Made by a program: the position numbers and the translations under genes. The notes under the pieces are model-generated. The model did no database searches. It was not told the DNA's origin and worked only from the letters and a program-made list of their open reading frames with translations. Below are positions 35,295 to 45,251 of a stretch of DNA of 64,000 nt, in pieces (position 1 is the first letter of the stretch; each line of letters starts with the position of its first letter). The stretch spans positions 2,400-66,399 of the forward strand of contig CAZNEX010000003.1 of assembly GCA_964572775.1 (NCBI GenBank). The letters are read 5' to 3'. This DNA is from an uncultured Candidatus Saccharibacteria bacterium. Its GTDB lineage: Bacteria > Patescibacteriota > Saccharimonadia > Saccharimonadales > Saccharimonadaceae.

Positions 35295-36734
35295 ATGAAT
35301 GATTTATCCAATAAGTATCAAATGACGATAGGCATCGAATGCCACGTCCAGCTCGCTACCAAAAGCAAATTGTTTAGTCCTGCTGACAATGACGCTCGTG
35401 ATGCCGAGCCAAATAGTAAAACTCACCCAATCGATTTTGGTCTACCAGGTATGCTGCCAATTTTGAACCATCAAGCAGTTCGGTTAGCAGTGCGTGCTGC
35501 CAAAGCGCTTAATGCCGAGACGGCACTAGTCAGTCGATTTGATCGCAAACACTATTTTTATCCGGACCTGCCAAATGGTTATCAAATTACTCAGATGTAT
35601 CAGCCGACTGTTTTAAGCGGATTTATCGATGCTCCGATGGACGATGGCTCGACAAAGCGCGTCAGGATTCACCATGCGCACATTGAGTCAGATGCTGGTA
35701 AGTTGACGCACTACGGCGATTATAGTCTCGTCGATCTAAACCGTGCTGGCACACCCTTGATTGAAATTGTGTCAGAAGCCGATATGCATTCGCCGCAAGA
35801 AGCGCGTGCCTATGCGACGGAGCTTCACAAACTTATGACTTATGCCGGCGTTACTTTTGGTGATCTTTATCATGGCAATATGCGTTTTGATGTCAATATT
35901 TCGATTGCTCCAGTAGGTTCAGAGCAACTTGGCACACGCGCCGAAGTCAAAAATCTCAATAGTTTTCGTTCGGTTGAGCGAGCGGCCGAATATGAGTTTA
36001 AACGTCAAGTCGAAGTGATTGAATCCGGCCAAAAGGTTGTCCAAGAAACCCGTGGCTGGAGTGATGATACTGGCAAAACATCATCGCAGCGCTCTAAAGA
36101 AGATGCCCAGGACTATCGCTACATGCCCGATGCAGATATTCCGCCGATTGTTTTGACAGTCGATGAAATAAATCAGATTCAGTCTGAAGTGCCAAAGTTA
36201 CCACCAGCGTATCGTCAAGAATGGTCGAGTTTGAATGTCGACAAGTCTGTCATAAATAGCATTCTCGCCAATCAAGATTACGCCAAGCTACTTTCAGCTG
36301 TTTTGGTAGACGGCGGTAGTACGGCTGCCAAACGTGTTGCTAACTGGATTGCTAGTAATTTATCGGTTGATGAATCAAGTAGCAAGACATACAATGCCGA
36401 TGTGGCTGATCTTTTAGCACTTTGCGACATGGCAGACAACAATCAAATTAGCTCAAATGCCGCAACAGAACTCTTCAATGCATTGATGAATGGCGCTAGT
36501 GACCCACGTCAGTTGGCTGAAGCAAGAGGCTTGCTGCAAAATAGCGATGAGGCGGCGATTTTAGAGGTAGTTGATGCTGTCATAGCAGATCCAGCCAGCC
36601 AAAAAGCAATTGAAGATATCAAAAATGGCAACGATAAAGCAATTGGCTATTTGGTTGGTCAAGTGATGAAGCAATCTAAGGGTCAAGCCAATCCTGGCCT
36701 GGCCCAAAAGTTGATAAAAAGCAGGCTGGTTTGA
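35295..36734 (+). CDS. gatB: Asp/Glu-tRNA amidotransferase subunit B
   Basis: IGIECHVQL, YFYPDLP, HIESDAGK and DLNRAGTPLIEIV motifs, plus a C-terminal YqeY-like tail. Confidence 0.95.
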   Translation: MNDLSNKYQMTIGIECHVQLATKSKLFSPADNDARDAEPNSKTHPIDFGLPGMLPILNHQAVRLAVRAAKALNAETALVSRFDRKHYFYPDLPNGYQITQMYQPTVLSGFIDAPMDDGSTKRVRIHHAHIESDAGKLTHYGDYSLVDLNRAGTPLIEIVSEADMHSPQEARAYATELHKLMTYAGVTFGDLYHGNMRFDVNISIAPVGSEQLGTRAEVKNLNSFRSVERAAEYEFKRQVEVIESGQKVVQETRGWSDDTGKTSSQRSKEDAQDYRYMPDADIPPIVLTVDEINQIQSEVPKLPPAYRQEWSSLNVDKSVINSILANQDYAKLLSAVLVDGGSTAAKRVANWIASNLSVDESSSKTYNADVADLLALCDMADNNQISSNAATELFNALMNGASDPRQLAEARGLLQNSDEAAILEVVDAVIADPASQKAIEDIKNGNDKAIGYLVGQVMKQSKGQANPGLAQKLIKSRLV

Positions 36735-37264
36735 AAGCTTGGCAAAAAATTGGCGAGCCGCAAAGCACTAAAATCGGTTATCGTACCATAGTTAGCCAAA
36801 AGTACCTAACCAATAATGGACACGAAATGGTGGCCTATGTTACTGGTCAACATGGTACAGAACATGTTGCCGTAATAGCTCTAACTGCCAACAATCAAGT
36901 TGTAATTGCTCGTCAGTTTCGTTGTGGTCCGCAAGCTGTCCTCGATGAACTTGCTGGCGGTGTGGTCGATGAAGGTGAGACACCTGAGCAGGCGGCTAAT
37001 CGCGAACTGCTAGAAGAAACTGGCTATTCGTCAGACAGGCCGCTCGAATACATTGGATCATTCTATTGCGATGCGTGGAATGCAACACTAGTTCACGGTT
37101 TTTTAGCGCGCGATTGCAAATTGGTTGGAAGCCAAAAATTAGAAACAGCAGAAGAAGTCGAAGTCGATCTAATTAGTACTAATCAACTGGTTCACAACGC
37201 GCTCAATAACAAGATGACAGATGCAAATTGCGTATTGATGGCACGAGTCAAAAAAATGATATAA
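36731..37264 (+). CDS. Nudix hydrolase (ADP-ribose pyrophosphatase-like)
   Basis: Nudix box GGVVDEGETPEQAANRELLEETGY. TTG start overlaps the gatB stop. Confidence 0.75.
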   Translation: MKAWQKIGEPQSTKIGYRTIVSQKYLTNNGHEMVAYVTGQHGTEHVAVIALTANNQVVIARQFRCGPQAVLDELAGGVVDEGETPEQAANRELLEETGYSSDRPLEYIGSFYCDAWNATLVHGFLARDCKLVGSQKLETAEEVEVDLISTNQLVHNALNNKMTDANCVLMARVKKMI

Positions 37265-37302
37265 TGAAAGCTATTGTACATCTTGCTAAATAAAGGAGAA
37301 CA

Positions 37303-38169
37303 ATGAGACGACCAACTAAAGCCATAATTACTGATGCTGGTTATGCTAGCCGATATTTGCCAATTGCAAAAACTATACCTAAAGCGATGTTACCTCTTGG
37401 TAACCGACCAATTATTCAACTGGCAGTCGAGGAATGTATTGAAGCTGGCATCAAAGAAATTATTATTGTCGCTACTCCTGAAGGAAAGCCAATTTATGAG
37501 GATTATTTCAATAATGCTGTCAATCACATCCGCAAGCAACTGCGCGCTCAGGGTAAAGATGAACGCTATGATGCAGTTAGGCATGTACTAGATTTTCCAA
37601 AAATTAGAGTTATTCAACAAGATCCTGCCTTACCGTACGGCAATGGGTCACCGATTGTTAGCGCTCGCGATTACATCGCCGATGATGAAGCTTTTTTGGT
37701 TTTATACAGCGATGATGTGGTTTTTGATTCGTCCGATGCTAAAAAGTTGATTGAATCTTTTGACGCCAATCCAAATGCAAAAGCCATCATTATGGCGCAA
37801 GAAGTCGATGCCAGCCAAGTCGATAAGTACGGCATTATTTCCCTCAAAGACGGCAATAAACTCGACAATATAATCGAGAAACCAACAACCGATGCGGCGC
37901 CATCAACTTTAGCGTCTTATGGTCGCTATTTACTGACCCCAGAAGTCTTTAAGTACTTAAACAATAACAACACTGGACTTGATGATGAATTGTGGACAGT
38001 TGACGCCATAACCAGTATCGCAGCTAATGATGATGTCTACGTTGTAACAACTGATGGTGAGTGGATGACAACTGGTGATCCGAAGAATTATTTCCTGGCT
38101 CACCTCAAATACGTGTTAGATCACGAAGATTATGCCGACGATGTTCGTCGAGCGCTTGGTGACAACTAG
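37303..38169 (+). CDS. UTP--glucose-1-phosphate uridylyltransferase-like nucleotidyltransferase
   Basis: N-terminal KAIITDAGYASRYLPIAKTIPKAMLPL matches the GalU-type G-x-G-T-R-x-L-P-x-T-K...K-E-M-L-P pattern, though diverged. Confidence 0.72.
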   Translation: MRRPTKAIITDAGYASRYLPIAKTIPKAMLPLGNRPIIQLAVEECIEAGIKEIIIVATPEGKPIYEDYFNNAVNHIRKQLRAQGKDERYDAVRHVLDFPKIRVIQQDPALPYGNGSPIVSARDYIADDEAFLVLYSDDVVFDSSDAKKLIESFDANPNAKAIIMAQEVDASQVDKYGIISLKDGNKLDNIIEKPTTDAAPSTLASYGRYLLTPEVFKYLNNNNTGLDDELWTVDAITSIAANDDVYVVTTDGEWMTTGDPKNYFLAHLKYVLDHEDYADDVRRALGDN

Positions 38170-38178
38170 CCTAAAAAC

Positions 38179-38208
38179 TTGCATAGTGCTCCTATATATA
38201 AGTATAAT
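38179..38208 (+). promoter_or_regulatory. sigma70-type promoter
   Basis: TTGCAT (38179-38184), an 18-nt spacer, then TATAAT (38203-38208). Confidence 0.55.
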
Positions 38209-38255
38209 GAAGTTAGCTTGTCATATAGCCAAGCAGTAAGTACAAGGAGATGCAC

Positions 38256-38495
38256 ATGGAATGGACGCAAATACTTGTCATAATCTTATCGGCATTTTTG
38301 GCACTATTTTTGCTTCTTTCGATATTATTGGTCATTTTGCTGATCAAGATTACACGTCAGATTAGATCGGTGACAACTTCAGCTGAACGAGCCGCTGTCA
38401 AAGCAGAAAACGTAGTTGCAAACTTTTCAGCCGCTACTAGTCCTGCGACAATTGGAAGAGTAGTTTCTACATTTGTACGTAATTTTAAAAAGTAA
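38256..38495 (+). CDS. small membrane protein (DUF948-like)
   Basis: Single N-terminal TM helix plus a helical tail. An AAGGAG Shine-Dalgarno 6 nt upstream favours ATG 38256 over 38250. Confidence 0.5.
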   Translation: MEWTQILVIILSAFLALFLLLSILLVILLIKITRQIRSVTTSAERAAVKAENVVANFSAATSPATIGRVVSTFVRNFKK

Positions 38496-38504
38496 GGAGT
38501 TTTT

Positions 38505-38819
38505 ATGTCAAAAGGTAAATTTGCATTAGGCGCAGTTTTTGGAGCAGTTGTAGGCACAATCGCAGGTGTATTGACTGCACCAAAATCAGGTAAAGAGACG
38601 CGTGATGATCTAAAACGTCGAGCTGATGAATACAAAACTGAAGCCGTCAAAAAAACCGAGGAAGTAAAAGCGCAGGCCAACAAAGTTGCTCAAGACGCCA
38701 AAGTTCGTGCCGACAAGGTAACTAACGAGGCCAAGTCAACAGTTGATGACTACAAATCACGTGCTGAGCGAGCTTTTAATAGCGCAAAAAAAGAATTTGA
38801 AAAAGAATCAAAAAAATAG
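38505..38819 (+). CDS. YtxH-domain general-stress-type protein
   Basis: GAVFGAVVGTIAGVLTAPKSGKETRDDL N-terminus followed by a Lys/Glu/Ala-rich helical repeat region. Confidence 0.7.
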   Translation: MSKGKFALGAVFGAVVGTIAGVLTAPKSGKETRDDLKRRADEYKTEAVKKTEEVKAQANKVAQDAKVRADKVTNEAKSTVDDYKSRAERAFNSAKKEFEKESKK

Positions 38820-38836
38820 TTGTTTATAACTAACCT

Positions 38837-38873
38837 AAAATACTGCCAGCAGCTAGTCTCTGACAGTATTTTG
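38837..38873 (+). terminator. probable rho-independent terminator
   Basis: AAAATACTG / CAGTATTTT 9-bp stem, extendable by 3 bp past one mismatch, with a T-run at the 3' arm. Confidence 0.55.
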
Positions 38874-38947
38874 TAGTTGAGAAGTAAAACTCAGCCAGCT
38901 TAAACTTTTCTATGAAAACGCATAATTATTCGTAGTATAATGAGATT

Positions 38948-39232
38948 ATGAATAAGGTCAAACAGACACTCAAACAAGTGGCAGCTGCGCAAGAAAAAGG
39001 TGCTAGAGATGCAGTTCTCGAAGAATTATTTTATGACATGTACCGACATCGATTGTCGATATATAAGATCAATTTTTTTAGAGGTATATTTTTTGGTTTT
39101 GGTACCGTACTTGGTGGTACGATTTTAGTAGCAATTGTGATTTGGTTGTTGTCTTTGTTCGCCAATGTCTTTCCGCCGCTCAAAGATTTCTTTGATGGCT
39201 TATCGGCTTTACTTGATGCTGCAAAAAAGTAA
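38948..39232 (+). CDS. small membrane protein (hypothetical)
   Basis: Two hydrophobic helices (FFRGIFFGFGTVLGGTILVAIVIWLL). TATAAT lies 6 nt upstream of the ATG. Confidence 0.5.
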   Translation: MNKVKQTLKQVAAAQEKGARDAVLEELFYDMYRHRLSIYKINFFRGIFFGFGTVLGGTILVAIVIWLLSLFANVFPPLKDFFDGLSALLDAAKK

Positions 39233-39282
39233 AGCTTTTTTCACTACAGCAGCAGCGTCGGCTTTTGGGTATAATATAAGTA

Positions 39283-42200
39283 ATGGGGAAACAGCAGTTG
39301 GGTTCGCAAATTGAGGCAGATCAATTATCGGCACGTGATTATGTGCATCTTCATAACCATACCCATCACTCACTGCTTGATGGCTTAACAAAAATACCCG
39401 AGCTAGTCGATCGTGTCAAAGATCTGGGTATGGATGCTTGCGCTATCACTGACCACGGAACGATGAGCGGAGCGATTGAGTTTTATAAAACAGCCAATGC
39501 TAGTGGCGTTAAGCCGATTATTGGTATCGAAACATATGTCGCTATGCGAACACGTCAAGATCGCGACCCAGCAAAAGATAAGCAGCGATTCCACTTGATC
39601 TTGCTAGCAATGAACAACACTGGCTATGCTAATTTGATGAAGCTAGCTAGCCTAGCTGAGCTCGAGGGCAAATATTACAAACCGCGAATCGACCATGAGC
39701 TTATCGAGCAATATAACGAAGGTCTAATTTGTCTAAGCGCTTGTGCAAGCGGTGAAGTAGGCGAAAGCTTACGAAACGATGATTACGAAAAAGCCAAGCA
39801 AACCGCTAGTTGGTATAAGTCGATTTTTGGTGATCGTTATTATTTAGAGCTGCAAGATCATGGTCATGAAGATAGTAAAACTGCTTGGGATGTGCAAATC
39901 AAAATCAACAAATATCTAGTAAAACTTGCTGATGAACTAAAAATTGAATGTGTTGTGACAAGCGACGCGCATTATGTTGATCATGTTGATCAGGATGCTC
40001 ATGAGATTCTGCTATGCGTTGGTACAGGTTCTTATCTCAGCGATGAGAAACGGATGAGTCTTAAAGATTTTGAATTGCATGTCGCCGATCCGCAAGATAT
40101 TATTGATCGTTGGCAAAAGGTCAATCCCGAAGCGATCCGAAATACGCGCCGCATAGCCGAACGTTGTCAGGTTGAGCTAGAACTTGGAAAAATATTAATT
40201 CCGACATTTCCAACGCCAAATGGAGAGTCAGAAAAAGAATATCTTGATACGCTAGTTTATAGGGGTATGGCGGTCAGATATCATAATTTTACACCGGACG
40301 AAGCCGCAAAAAAATCTGTAATTGAACTACGCCAACTGCTGAGTCAGCCAGAGCTTGAGCGTCTCGACATGGAGCTTGATGTGCTGGAACGTATGGGTTA
40401 CAACGGTTATTTTTTGATCGTTCAGGATTTTATTAACTGGGGAAAAAATCAAGGAATTATTTTTGGTCCTGGACGTGGATCGGCGGCTGGATCGATCATT
40501 GCTTATGCCCTAAATATCACTGACCTTGACCCGCTGAAATATGATTTGCTGTTTGAAAGGTTTTTAAATCCAGACCGCATATCGATGCCAGATATCGATA
40601 TTGATATACAAGATACGCGCCGTGATGAAGTGATCGCCTATTGTGCCGAAAAATACGGTGATGCACGAGTGGCTAACATTGTTACTTTTGGCAAAATGGC
40701 AGCACGCGCAGCGGTACGTGATGTTGCTCGCGTGCTTGAAGTTCCATATGCTGAAGCAGATCGTATGAGCAAAATGATTCCACCGCCTGTTCAAGGAAGG
40801 CATATTCCGCTGGCGGTTAGTATTAAAGAAGATGCAGATTTAAAAAACGAGTACGAGTCTAATCCTAATGCAAAAAAGGTTTTTGATTACGCTATTAGGC
40901 TAGAGGGTACGATTCGCAGTCATGGCGTGCATGCGGCAGGAGTTGTGATTGCTCCTGATGATATTGTCAATTATGTTCCGCTTGAGATGTCTCAAAAAGG
41001 CGTCGTGGCGACTCAGTATCCGATGGGTCCTGTCGAAGAAATCGGCTTGCTCAAAATGGACTTTTTAGGCCTTAGCAACTTATCAATTATCAACAATGCT
41101 CTTCGCATCATCAAAACAGCCTACAAAAACGAAATCATACTAAGCGAGATACCGCTTGACGATGCAAAGACGTTTGAACTTTTTCAGCGCGGCGATACAA
41201 CTGGTGTTTTTCAGCTCGAATCGGCTGGTATGAAGCGTTATTTGCGCGAACTTAAGCCAAATGTTTTTGACGATATTATCGCCATGGTAGCGCTTTATCG
41301 TCCTGGTCCAATGCAATTTATTGACTCATTTATTCGTCGTAAACATGGCGAAGAACCGATTACCTATTTGCATCCAAAAATGGAAAGTGCCTTAGCTAGC
41401 ACTTATGGCGTTTTGGTGTATCAAGAACAGTTCATGCAGATTTCAAAAGACCTAGCTGGCTTTACGGGAGGTCAAGCCGATACGCTTCGAAAAGCGGTTG
41501 GTAAAAAAATTCTAGAAATGATGAAGAAAGTCAAACCCGAATTTATCGAAGGAGCGATCAATCATTCCGGTGCAGACCGCCTAGATATGGAGAAATTTTG
41601 GGCGCAGCTAGAAGAGTTTGCCAATTATTGTTTCAACAAATCTCACGCTGCTTGCTATGGTCTAATTGCATACTGGACGGCTTATCTAAAAGCTCATTAT
41701 CCCGATGCATTTATGGCTGCTTTAATGACAAGCGATGCAGATAATATCGAACGACTTGCGATTGAGATCAGCGAATGTCGCCACATGGGTATTGAGGTAT
41801 TAGCACCTGATGTCAACCAATCATTTGTTGAGTTTGCAGTAGTTCCAAGTCAAAGTAAAATTCGTTTTGGCATGGCAGCAGTCAAAGGTGTGGGCGTGGG
41901 AGCTGTTGAAGAAATACTACGCGCGCGAAAAGACGGCGAGTTTAAAACAATAGAAGATTTTGCAAAACGCGTTAGTATGAGCAAGGTCAATAAAAAGACT
42001 TGGGAAGCGCTCATAAAATCAGGTGGCTTTGATAGTCTTGCTGATCGCTCTGATATTCTATTTAATTTAGATGCTATTCAAGTATTTGCTAGCAAATTGC
42101 AAAAAGAAGCTCTTAGCGGACAAGTCGATTTATTTGGTAGTTTAGGGGCTTCGAGTAGTGATGTTCACCCGAGCTTGCTACTACAGACGGCGCCTGTTCG

Positions 42201-42960
42201 ATTCACCGAAAAAGAACAATTATTATGGGAGAGGGAGCTGCTTGGTCTATATATTTCGGCTCACCCTCTCGATAATTTTAGTAGTTTTTTTGAGGAGCAA
42301 ACAGTGCCACTAACTAAGATTGCATCCAATATCGATGGTCAAGTGATTACGGTCGGTGGTATTGTAACTCGCTCTCGATCGATAGTCACAAAAAGCGGCA
42401 AAAAAATGGCTTTTGTCCAGATTGAGGATAAATTTGGTGAAGCCGAAATAATCATTTTTCCAAATCTTTACGACTCAATTCAAGATATTTTACATCCCGA
42501 TACTATTATGACGGTTAGCGGTAAAGTTTCGGCGCGCGATCGCGATGGTAATTTGGGTGACGAAGCAAAATTGATTGCTGATACGGCAAGTGTTGTGTCC
42601 GATAAGGACCTGCAATCGTACCAATCAAACGGCCAAAAAATGATTTCGCCACAAACCAGAGCTCCTTATCGTAAACGTGTTTCCAAATCAGCTTCAGCCA
42701 GCAAAGCTAGTCCTATCCGCGTCATGCCCGAAACTAAGCCAATCCAAACACTTTATATACGCGTCGATGATGCCTCGCAAACAGACATTTTGTTATCTAT
42801 CAAGCAAATTTGTAGTGATTACCCTGGAACATCTCCTGTCATCATGGTTATTGGCGAACAAAAAAAGGCTTTGCGGATGCCATTTCAAGTTGGTATCGAC
42901 GATGCATTGATGAATCGACTGGGTCAGGCTGTTGCCTCTGGGGCTTTAGTCTGCAAATAG
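39283..42960 (+). CDS. dnaE: DNA polymerase III alpha subunit
   Basis: PHP domain (HLHNHTHHSLLDG), polymerase core (GPGRGSAAGS, PDIDIDI) and an OB-fold tail. 1225 aa. TATAAT lies 7 nt upstream of the ATG. Confidence 0.97.
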   Translation: MGKQQLGSQIEADQLSARDYVHLHNHTHHSLLDGLTKIPELVDRVKDLGMDACAITDHGTMSGAIEFYKTANASGVKPIIGIETYVAMRTRQDRDPAKDKQRFHLILLAMNNTGYANLMKLASLAELEGKYYKPRIDHELIEQYNEGLICLSACASGEVGESLRNDDYEKAKQTASWYKSIFGDRYYLELQDHGHEDSKTAWDVQIKINKYLVKLADELKIECVVTSDAHYVDHVDQDAHEILLCVGTGSYLSDEKRMSLKDFELHVADPQDIIDRWQKVNPEAIRNTRRIAERCQVELELGKILIPTFPTPNGESEKEYLDTLVYRGMAVRYHNFTPDEAAKKSVIELRQLLSQPELERLDMELDVLERMGYNGYFLIVQDFINWGKNQGIIFGPGRGSAAGSIIAYALNITDLDPLKYDLLFERFLNPDRISMPDIDIDIQDTRRDEVIAYCAEKYGDARVANIVTFGKMAARAAVRDVARVLEVPYAEADRMSKMIPPPVQGRHIPLAVSIKEDADLKNEYESNPNAKKVFDYAIRLEGTIRSHGVHAAGVVIAPDDIVNYVPLEMSQKGVVATQYPMGPVEEIGLLKMDFLGLSNLSIINNALRIIKTAYKNEIILSEIPLDDAKTFELFQRGDTTGVFQLESAGMKRYLRELKPNVFDDIIAMVALYRPGPMQFIDSFIRRKHGEEPITYLHPKMESALASTYGVLVYQEQFMQISKDLAGFTGGQADTLRKAVGKKILEMMKKVKPEFIEGAINHSGADRLDMEKFWAQLEEFANYCFNKSHAACYGLIAYWTAYLKAHYPDAFMAALMTSDADNIERLAIEISECRHMGIEVLAPDVNQSFVEFAVVPSQSKIRFGMAAVKGVGVGAVEEILRARKDGEFKTIEDFAKRVSMSKVNKKTWEALIKSGGFDSLADRSDILFNLDAIQVFASKLQKEALSGQVDLFGSLGASSSDVHPSLLLQTAPVRFTEKEQLLWERELLGLYISAHPLDNFSSFFEEQTVPLTKIASNIDGQVITVGGIVTRSRSIVTKSGKKMAFVQIEDKFGEAEIIIFPNLYDSIQDILHPDTIMTVSGKVSARDRDGNLGDEAKLIADTASVVSDKDLQSYQSNGQKMISPQTRAPYRKRVSKSASASKASPIRVMPETKPIQTLYIRVDDASQTDILLSIKQICSDYPGTSPVIMVIGEQKKALRMPFQVGIDDALMNRLGQAVASGALVCK

Positions 42961-43449
42961 TTATTTGCTGAGTGCGTAAAGTGCGATGCCAGTAGCCACT
43001 GAAACATTGAACGACTCTTTTTTGCCAAACATTGGTATCTCGATGATCGCATCGGCTCGATCTAGATATTGCTTGGCAATGCCGTCAACTTCTTCGCCAA
43101 TTAGTAGCGCAAATTCATCTGGCGGTTCAAAATCTGCGATAGCAATTGATTCTGGAGCTTGCTCAAGAGCGATAATCGGTAATTTGTGCTTATTTTCATC
43201 GATCCATTGGTCAAGATTTTGATAGTACGAAAAAGCCACATTTTGCTCGGCTCCTAGGGCTGTTTTATGAATTTGCGCGGTCAATTTATCTCTGATATGG
43301 GGCAAACGCTGGTCGTTATCGATCGATGGATATGGCGTATAGCCGCTCAAAATCAATTGACTAACTCCAAAGCCTTCAGCTGTCCTAAAAATCGCTCCGA
43401 CATTATGCGACGAGCGAATATTGTGTGCAATCACTGTAATTCTTGGCAT
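42961..43449 (-). CDS. SpoU/TrmH-family RNA 2'-O-methyltransferase
   Basis: NVGAIFRTAEGFG, LLIGEEVDG and IPMFGKKESFNVSVATGIALY (SPOUT knot motifs). Confidence 0.85.
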   Translation of the reverse strand: MPRITVIAHNIRSSHNVGAIFRTAEGFGVSQLILSGYTPYPSIDNDQRLPHIRDKLTAQIHKTALGAEQNVAFSYYQNLDQWIDENKHKLPIIALEQAPESIAIADFEPPDEFALLIGEEVDGIAKQYLDRADAIIEIPMFGKKESFNVSVATGIALYALSK

Positions 43450-43502
43450 ATAAATAATTGTATCATTTAGAATATCATAAGCATTTTGCTATACTGATTA
43501 TT

Positions 43503-45128
43503 GTGAATGAAGATAAAATTCAGCAACAGCGGCGTGATCACGATGAATCGGCTACTCAGCAACGAGCAGCGATTTTAGGGATTCAATACCTTGATTTGAG
43601 ACCGCTCGAAGCGCAAATTCCGCTCACAATGAATGTCTTGTCGGTCGCTGACATGTACAAGCATAAAGTTGTGCCGCTAAAGCATGATGAAAATGAAAAT
43701 ACGACCATATTTGGTATCACCACTCAAACACCGCAGTCATATGTAAAAACGATTGAAAAAGAATACTCAGACGACGCCAGTAATGCTAGCTTTGCATTGA
43801 TCAGCAATAGTGGGTATCGGGCTATGATGGATCGATTTGATCCACCAAAGAAAGTCCGCTACGATGACATCGAGATTGCTACAGAAGGCGACAGCGAGAC
43901 GCTGAATAAAGTTAGCCAGACACTCGCTTCGGTCGGCACAGAGGCTCTGTTCGATTACTTGATCCGCCAGGCAGATATGCTTGGAGCTAGCGATATCCAC
44001 ATCGAAAATATGCGTGAAGACATTCGGGTGCGCATGCGTGTTGATGGCGCTCTTCATGTGGTGGCTCATATTGAAAAAGATCGTTATCGTATATTGATGG
44101 GTGAGCTTGGTCGGCGGGCTAATGTATCGACAGCTTCTAAGGAGCCGCAATCAGGGCATATTCAACAAGAAGTTGCGCTACCTGGCGGTACGCATTTGCT
44201 CAATATTCGTGTCGAGACAATCCCAAGTCTTTATGGCCAAGATGCTGTATTGCGTCTTTTCAACTTCGATGAATCGTTACTGAAGCTCGATCTTTTGGGT
44301 ATTCCGGATAGCGACCGTCGGCAAATTGATGAGGTTGTGTCGCACCCTCGTGGACTAGTCATGGTGGTGGGCCCGACAGGAAGTGGAAAATCAACAACTT
44401 TATATAGTATGCTCAATGCTCTCAACACTACTGATCGCAAGATCTTGACACTTGAAGATCCGATTGAGTATGGGTTGACTGGCATAACGCAGATTCCAGT
44501 CGATACTTCAGATGGTCGTAGTTTTGCAGATCAATTACGTAGTGTTCTGCGTCTTGACCCAGATGTGGTGATGGTTGGTGAGATTCGTGATGAGGACTCG
44601 GCTCGAACGGCTATCCAAGCATCGATTACGGGACATTTGGTGCTATCGAGTTTTCATGCAGCATCTGCTTCTGCGGCCTTTAGCCGTATGATCGACCTAA
44701 TTGGCGTTAATCCGATCTTTAGCACAGCCATCCGTCTAGTTATCGCTCAGCGTTTAGTGCGACGATTGCATGATGCTAGCAAACAGGGATACGATCCCGA
44801 TGAAGCTACCAAATCTTACGTCCGGCGAGTATTGTCTGATCTACCAGAAAGCTACGCCGATAAGCCAAATCTCGAGAATTTTCAGCTTTACAGACCAGTT
44901 ACAAATGACGATGCGCCTTTCGGCTATAAGGGGCGAATGGTGATTATGGAGCAGTTGATCGTCAATGATGAGATCCAAAAATTTATTCGCGGTGATGTGC
45001 TCGATGCTCATGCCGAAACGATTGAGGCCACAGCAAAGCACAACGGCATGGTATCACTTGAGCAGGCGGGCGTTTTGGCTGCTTTACGTGGCGAAACCAC
45101 GCTCGAAGAGATCAACCGTGTCATTTAA
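43503..45128 (+). CDS. pilB: GspE/PilB-family type IV pilus/secretion assembly ATPase
   Basis: N-terminal GSPII_E_N-like region, Walker A GPTGSGKSTT, Asp box, Walker B (VVMVGEIRD) and His box. GTG 43503 lies 7 nt after TATACT; the TTG 43458 alternative is less likely. Confidence 0.85.
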   Translation: MNEDKIQQQRRDHDESATQQRAAILGIQYLDLRPLEAQIPLTMNVLSVADMYKHKVVPLKHDENENTTIFGITTQTPQSYVKTIEKEYSDDASNASFALISNSGYRAMMDRFDPPKKVRYDDIEIATEGDSETLNKVSQTLASVGTEALFDYLIRQADMLGASDIHIENMREDIRVRMRVDGALHVVAHIEKDRYRILMGELGRRANVSTASKEPQSGHIQQEVALPGGTHLLNIRVETIPSLYGQDAVLRLFNFDESLLKLDLLGIPDSDRRQIDEVVSHPRGLVMVVGPTGSGKSTTLYSMLNALNTTDRKILTLEDPIEYGLTGITQIPVDTSDGRSFADQLRSVLRLDPDVVMVGEIRDEDSARTAIQASITGHLVLSSFHAASASAAFSRMIDLIGVNPIFSTAIRLVIAQRLVRRLHDASKQGYDPDEATKSYVRRVLSDLPESYADKPNLENFQLYRPVTNDDAPFGYKGRMVIMEQLIVNDEIQKFIRGDVLDAHAETIEATAKHNGMVSLEQAGVLAALRGETTLEEINRVI

Positions 45129-45251
45129 GTGAGATAAGACAGCCAAGCGGGTGAAGTCGTTTTATTAGTAAAACGAGGGATCAAATCAGCGCACTAAACA
45201 ATTGTTTTGCCTTTTAGCTTAGTATGCATAATTTTGGCGCAACAGTATCGA

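Noticed and set aside
45157-45176. The hairpin TCGTTTTA-TTAG-TAAAACGA between convergent pilB and the malic-enzyme gene, considered as a terminator.
   Set aside because: It is an AT-rich 8-bp stem with no flanking U/A tract on either strand. That is too weak to call an intrinsic terminator with confidence.
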